Positions 42,677-48,582 of a stretch of DNA of 48,582 nucleotides are shown piece after piece. Each line of letters starts with the position of its first letter. The stretch's first letter is position 1. The translations under genes and the position numbers were made by a program. This DNA is from Trypethelium eluteriae (lineage: Eukaryota): contig JAVECL010000122.1 of assembly GCA_051942245.1 (NCBI GenBank), forward strand, positions 1 to 48,582, written 5' to 3'. The notes under the pieces were generated by a model. It was given only the letters and a program-made list of their open reading frames with translations. It was not told the DNA's origin and did not search any database.

Positions 42677-43834
42677 GGTATGAAGAAATGAACAAAATCG
42701 ATATCAAAAAAAGGTTCAAAGAAAGCGCTATGATGGAGGGGGAGGAACGATGCGTAGTACAGCTCCCGGGATGTTAGCTCTATCCACTAACATGCTTCTA
42801 TCGGCCGGGCCGCCGGAGATTGTCCTTATCTGCGGACAAGGGCTGACTTCCTCTTCCCAGGTTCGGAGTACATACCTCCTGGAAAAACCAATCGAAGTCT
42901 AATGCTCTTTGTTCGGAAAACCGCTTTAACCTTGAACGTCGAGCATAATGGTACACTTCGGTTATCTAGCATATGTTGTCTCCGGGCATGCCAGGCACGG
43001 CAGGTTGGTCCTGACTCCATGGTGCAGATTATCGCCTGCTCTCTGAGAGCACCACATGCTTGGTGTGTATGGCTCAACTTCGTCAACATAGTAGGGCATA
43101 CATTTTTCTTTCAGGACCTCGGAAGACATCCTTGCAGCGAATTGTAATCTACTCCGTGACTCGGCCGACACGAGCCTGTATAGGCTCTCACTATCACATT
43201 ACTCATAAACCTTGCTTCTGGCCCCTTTCCCTCGGATCCTTCCGAGCCAACGTCCTCTCCACGTGAGTATGCAGAGGCCTCGAAGATAAGGCTGCTGATG
43301 AAGTAGGCTAAACAGCTTCCGAGAATCCTGTCTAGCTTGCTCTGCAGACGGTATCTGGAAACATTTCGGGCCTTCTCTTTGTAGATAAAACGATGCAGAG
43401 ACTGCGTAAAACGTGGGTATGACATCTGGCATCGATACTAGTCTTTGTCGCAGTAGCATGCCGGTCATCCGCACGAGTTACGCAAACGAGGTCTTAGAAA
43501 GTGATCCTGATACTGAATCTGGATTGAATGAACCGTGTTCCACCAATTTAGGAGAATCGCAACAATGACAATGACTTACAAGAGCCAATACGCCTTCCAG
43601 CAGTCTACCTTTGCTCAAAGGACCAGCCAGTACCAAAGTGGGGAGGATATCGTGAGCACCAGAAACCGCGAAAAGGCTCGCCAAAAAGAAATGTGGTAAT
43701 GATACACAGGGAAAGGTAAAACCAGACATCGCAATGAACTCCGTAGACCCCAGTGAAACTCCAGAACCATGCATACGTAACCTCGAAATTTGTTTTACAA
43801 AATGCCCTTTAGCATGTCTGCATCCCTTCTCCTA

Positions 43835-44676
43835 TCATTGGCCATTAGTCAATGGTTTCGATTTTGGGATCACGTTTCCAATATTCGCATCGCCTCCGTA
43901 AAGTTTCTCCAAATATGCTTCTTTGCCCGCCGCTGTCTGCTTAAGGGAGACCTGTCCTGGATTCCAGTTCGCGGGACAAACTTCTCCGTACTCATCTGTA
44001 AATTTAAACGCATCAATCAGGCGCAAAGCTTCGTCGACGCTGCGGCCGACGGGAAGGTCATTGATCGTGATCTGTGAAGTCAAGAAATCAGCATCAAATC
44101 GCCGATTTCGAGCTACACCACTACATCTATCAGACCTACCTGTCTCACGATTCCATTCGGATCAATCAGAAATAATCCTCTTAACGCAATCCCCTCTTCC
44201 TCGATCAATACACCGTATCTCCGACTCAATTGATGATTCTTGTCACTCAGCAGAGGTAGTGCCACATTTCCGAGTCCACCATCCTTCCTGCTTGCGTTAT
44301 TCCAAGCCAGAAGACTGTACTCTGAGTCCGTACTAGCAAAGACAACGCCGCAGCCTCGAGCCGCGAAGTGGGGCAGCGCGTCTGCAAAAGCAATAATCTC
44401 TGTGGGGCACACAAACGTCCAGGCCATTGGGATGAAGCCGAGCAAAAGCCATTGCTTCGTCGCAGTGTAGGTCTCGAGGGAAAGTTCTGTGGGAGAGAGG
44501 AGGGATGGTTAGAGGTGGGTTGAGAGATTTTTGCGCGTCGTGCAAGGACAGAGAGATAAAGCAAAGTGCAACTCTGACATACCTTGAAAAGTGCCATCTA
44601 CGACAGCTTGACTACAAAAAGGCGGTGCAGGATATCGGACGCGAGCTACAGGAGGAGCTTCTTTGTTGCTCGCCAT
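43835..44676 (-). CDS. Typical 2-Cys peroxiredoxin (Tsa1/AhpC-Prx1 class), 3 exons
   Basis: TFVCPTEI peroxidatic motif, [31 protein letters not shown] resolving motif. Confidence 0.93.
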
Positions 44677-45176
44677 GTTGAGACCGCGGGGACGGGTTCA
44701 CTGGGCGAGCAAAGGAGCAGGACCAATGTCTATGTGTATCGCAGAGGCAATTGGTCACGTTATGCAACGAATAGAAGATTTAAAGAAAGTAGCAGGCAAA
44801 GTCTGCAAACAGCACGGAGAGTAATGCTTTGTTTAGTCACGCAAGCAGGTGGAGATGCAGGCGCGATGCAATTGGAATGTTGCTGACAACTTCGGCTTCA
44901 GGATTGGTGCGGAGCGGTCTCGGCATTGTAGAGCGCGATTTGTGCTGGTGGTCATCCCTTAATTGCTTGAGCTGCTGGAAGATTATAATAAGCAATATGC
45001 TCGAGACCTATCTGTGCTTATAATATCTTGACTACCTATTAAACCGTAGATCAGGCATTTTTGCGCTAATTATAACACCGTCTCATGCACCTGCAAGCCC
45101 CCATTTTCATGACCAATCCATTCTACTACGTTCATCGTACAGGCAAGAATAGCAACGATGCGACTTCTTTTTCCCT

Positions 45177-47343
45177 TTACCCACTTGCTAGCCTCCATGC
45201 TCGTAGTGGCAATGCTTGCAATTTGTATGCTTGCGGTTGGATGAACCAGAAAAAGCTAATGATGCCCATGGTTGCGCAGAGCGCATTCACGATCAAGTAC
45301 CCATCCTGCTCCATATGGCAGATGCCACCACCTTCAATGCAGCGGTGCTTTTCTGCCTCCAGCACGCATGAAAACGGTACTGTTACAGGAGTCACGCCAT
45401 CCTTGAGGCCGTAAGGCGTTGATGTCGGAGGTATGCATGTCGCCTTAGTGAACATGTCGACAAATTTCAGAACAAAGAAACGCGGGAATGTACCGCCAAG
45501 GTTAGAGCATCTGAATAATCACATTAGCAACTTCTCGAAAAGTAACGTGGTGGCCCAATACATACGTTGCAAGAAGCGTCATGTAAGTGCCTCCAATCAC
45601 TGGATCCGCTACTTTGGCGTGAAAGGCGCTCACTGCTACGAACTGTAGTGTACTCATGAACGTGGAGTACACATGCATGGCGATGACCTGGCAGAGGTAG
45701 AAAGGTGTCACTCCTGTAGCAGGGAACATTGAGATGGTGATCTCGGCAAAGATCGCTGCCGATATACGACCCATGAACGCCCAGCACCAAATCTTCATCG
45801 GAGGGTATATTGACGACCATTTACCTGCGTAATAGCCTAAGCCAAGCTCGAAGGGAAAATCGATGAGGACTGTCAGTGCAAGGTTTTCTTGACTAAAGCC
45901 CTTGTCCAGGAGTTTGAGGTTTGTGACCGCATCATTGGCTACGAATCCGATCTTCGCGATTAGGTGAATGAAGATGAAGATCTGGATGTTCCGAAGGCTT
46001 AGTATCCCACCCATAATTCGGTACACTTCCATGATTCCATCCGTATTCTTGCTCCTATCTTCCCTCTTGAGGATCGCGAGGCCCATGGTCACCGCAATGT
46101 AGGCCCAGCCCCAGAAGGTCAAGTAGCCACCGAGCGAGAGCACACCTTCTGGACTCGGTGAGGCGCGGAGCCACTTGTTTGCAAAGTCTGGAGCATTGAA
46201 TGCCAGGAATACGGTATACGAAAGGAATTGACCGGCAGTAAGACCAATAGTCTGCGCTGTAGATGCGTAAGAGAGGTTTTGTGGCGAGAGAAGGGTCAAT
46301 GCCCAGCCTGTACCGTATTAGCCAGATACTTGAATTACGTTGTATCCCGTGGGGATCATACCATCAACAGCGATGTCCTGTGTTGCACACATGAAGACGA
46401 GGAAGAACCACCACGAAGTAAATCCCCACACGCCAGCTCCTCCATTCTCACCCGCCGTAATCATCATTGATTCTGCCCGACTACCCAACCAGAGCATACC
46501 AATTCCCGACAGAGCTTGTATAGGGACAATCCAGCTCTTTCTCCGTCCAACCCTCTGACTCCAGACAGCGTCGACAATCGGACTCCATAACAGTTTCAAC
46601 GAGTAGGGATAAGACGCCAGTGAGAAGACACCTATCTGGCCGAAAGACAGGTGTGACTTTAATAGGAATGGAACGGAACCAGTTGCCAGTCCCATCGGGA
46701 CGCCTTGAAGAAAGTAAAGCAGGCATAACAGGAGGAAGTTCCGTCGATCGGACTCGGACAGCTCCCAGAACCCTGCAGAGGCGCCACCACTTGGCGTCTT
46801 GGGTGTTTCTGGAACTTCATCGTCTAATGTAAATCGCTCAGAGGTCATATACTGCGCCCCAGTTGATAGGCCGTCTATTGATGCATTTTTCCGTCTTTGG
46901 TCAATGAAGGGACTCATCGCACCAGTTGTATGCCCGTTTTGTCCCCCTGACTCAGAGGGTGAGAGGCGAGATTTGCCACTCGGACTTTTCTTGCCCATTG
47001 GTGTGCGCGGGGTTCGTAGATGATAACCTTCAACGTCGGTGACAGTACTGTCGGATGGTGTTCGATAGGGTCCTCTTTCAGCAGATGGGGAATAAACGTT
47101 GAGACTGGCAGGACGGTGATTCCTCCTTCCCTTGTCGCTAATGGAGTTTTTATAGGACTTTTTATCGTTGAAATCTGAAAGTGGTATGTCTTCTAGTTCC
47201 GTCTCACGAGTGTACAACAGTTTCCCACTTTTGCGGGCACTTTCTTGTTTTTGCTGTGCAAGATGAAGAGGTAAGATGTTATTGTCTCGTCCAAGCACTG
47301 GTGGAGACTTCAGGGGTAGAGATTCGCCCAATGGGGTCGGCAT
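45177..47343 (-). CDS. Acetyl-CoA transporter (Acatn/SLC33A1 family), multi-exon
   Basis: LYFLQGVPMGL, YPYSLKLLWSPIVD, GRRKSWI, ATQDIAVDG|WALTLL, DPVIGGTYMTLLAT, DGY. Start codon uncertain. Confidence 0.92.
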
Positions 47344-47924
47344 GCCATATGGATGTGGCGAAGGGCTTCTCAACCCTTCGAAGCTTACACAAGTGATGCG
47401 GTGGCCTCAAGATTTTGGGTTCCCGCGGCGGGCGGCAGGCGGCAAGCGGCCGATGGCTTAGCGCGCGTCAATGAGATACTATAGGCTGACAAGACGGGAT
47501 CCCTTGGCAAGAGTGGCTTTGAATAATTCGAGTGGGCGCATTGAATGGATTCTTGTAATCCCGGTGTCGTGAACTGTAGAAAGAACACTTCGAGCCGTTC
47601 TGGGGGCCCTGGCAAAGCATGGAGAGATCTTAGCGGCCAGGGGGAAGTTGCTTCATTGCCGGCTGTGTGAGCTGCAGGAACAACACACGGAGCGTTTCAA
47701 CGAGAACCTTGAAACCCCCCAACCCAAAGCAGGATGGCAGAGTCGAAACGGCCCGTCGGAACCCCACAAACACGTGAGCACGCGTTCAACCGGATGGTCC
47801 CTGCGAGCAACTGAACCAGACATCAACAACACACGTTTACGGAATTGTAACTGATCAAATCCCCGGCCAAACCCCCTTTTGGATCATTTTTTGTGCGACA
47901 CTTCCAGTCTTTGTTGCGATCAAA

Positions 47925-48582
47925 ATGCAGGAAGCTCCGGCTGCCACGGAACCCATTGAACGCGTCCAGGATCAGGTAGCCCGGCTGGAATCCCAACGCA
48001 AGCCCACCTCCCATCCCCTCTATTTGTACTCCACTGACCATCCCATACAGTCGAACACCTCCGTCAACGCCACTCCCTCCTAAGAACAACCATCCTCTCC
48101 AACCAGCAAACCCACCGCCGCATCCAGCATGCCAAATTAACCCTCCCGACCTCTCCGTCCACGCCCGACCCTCTCACCCGTGCCTCCACCCTCCTAACCG
48201 AACAAACCCACCTCAACACCACCAACATCTACCGCCTCTGCGCCGGCGCCACCCTCTTCACAGCCTCAGACCCGGACCCGCACGCCCTCGACGCCGGCCG
48301 CATCCTCGGCGTCCGCATCGACGTCCTCCTCAACGGCCAGATCTCGGTCCCCTACACCCTCCTGCTGCACCGACCATACCCGGATCTCACGCCCGCGCTG
48401 CGGGTCCACAAGCACACGGTGCCGGCGGCGGTGGGGCTGGACCGGTTACTGCAGCGGTGGCTGCCGTTTCCGCGCGTGGATGTGCGCGCGGGCACGGTGA
48501 AGGAGGGAAGGAAGCAGGATTTGGTGGGGTTGGTGAGGGTGTTGAGGAGGGCGGTTGTTGGCTGGCGGAGGAGGGTGGATGT
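47925..48582 (+). CDS. CENP-O/Mcm21 kinetochore component, runs off the window end
   Basis: YRLCAGATLFTASDPDPHALDAGRILGVRIDV...PYTLLL...LRVHKHTVP...QDL...RVLRR. The N-terminal exon joins in frame only via a GC-AG intron at 47998-48050. Confidence 0.8.

Noticed and set aside
42826..43774. Cluster of 60-105 aa ORFs between the WD40 and peroxiredoxin genes
   Set aside because: No consistent exon chain or known motif; could hide a small lineage-specific gene but is unsupported.

Overview
Filamentous ascomycete (Pezizomycotina) genomic DNA in three zones. (1) 1-9428 is an AT-rich, RIP-degenerated transposon block. It holds a full-length Ty3/Gypsy chromovirus (828-7556; 494-bp LTRs, GTATT target-site duplication) apparently nested in a Ty1/Copia relic whose probable 3' LTR ends about 170 bp from the first intact gene. 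Reverting the RIP changes by eye reveals two extras in the Gypsy element: an antisense ORF with Zn(II)2Cys6-type cysteine spacing, and a tandem array of W/F-x2-C-x4-C-x2-H motifs in Gag. (2) About 9.6-33.5 kb is an accessory island. It contains an intronless reductase-releasing non-reducing PKS (SAT-KS-AT-PT-ACP-CMeT-R), a divergent cholesterol-oxidase-like GMC::alpha/beta-hydrolase fusion, a secreted carboxylesterase, a 788-codon unknown gene broken by a single TAG at codon 8, a tight divergent pair (DUF6594-like membrane protein and a HeLo-like N-terminal/retropepsin protease protein), and a thaumatin-like protein. (3) About 34.5-48.6 kb is a housekeeping block: Ctr copper transporter, CPSF6-like RRM protein with an unusually long ORF-containing intron, Sec61 gamma, DCAF11/WDR23-like WD40, 2-Cys peroxiredoxin, acetyl-CoA transporter, and a partial CENP-O gene that needs a GC-AG intron. 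All family assignments come from motif recognition by eye, not database searches.
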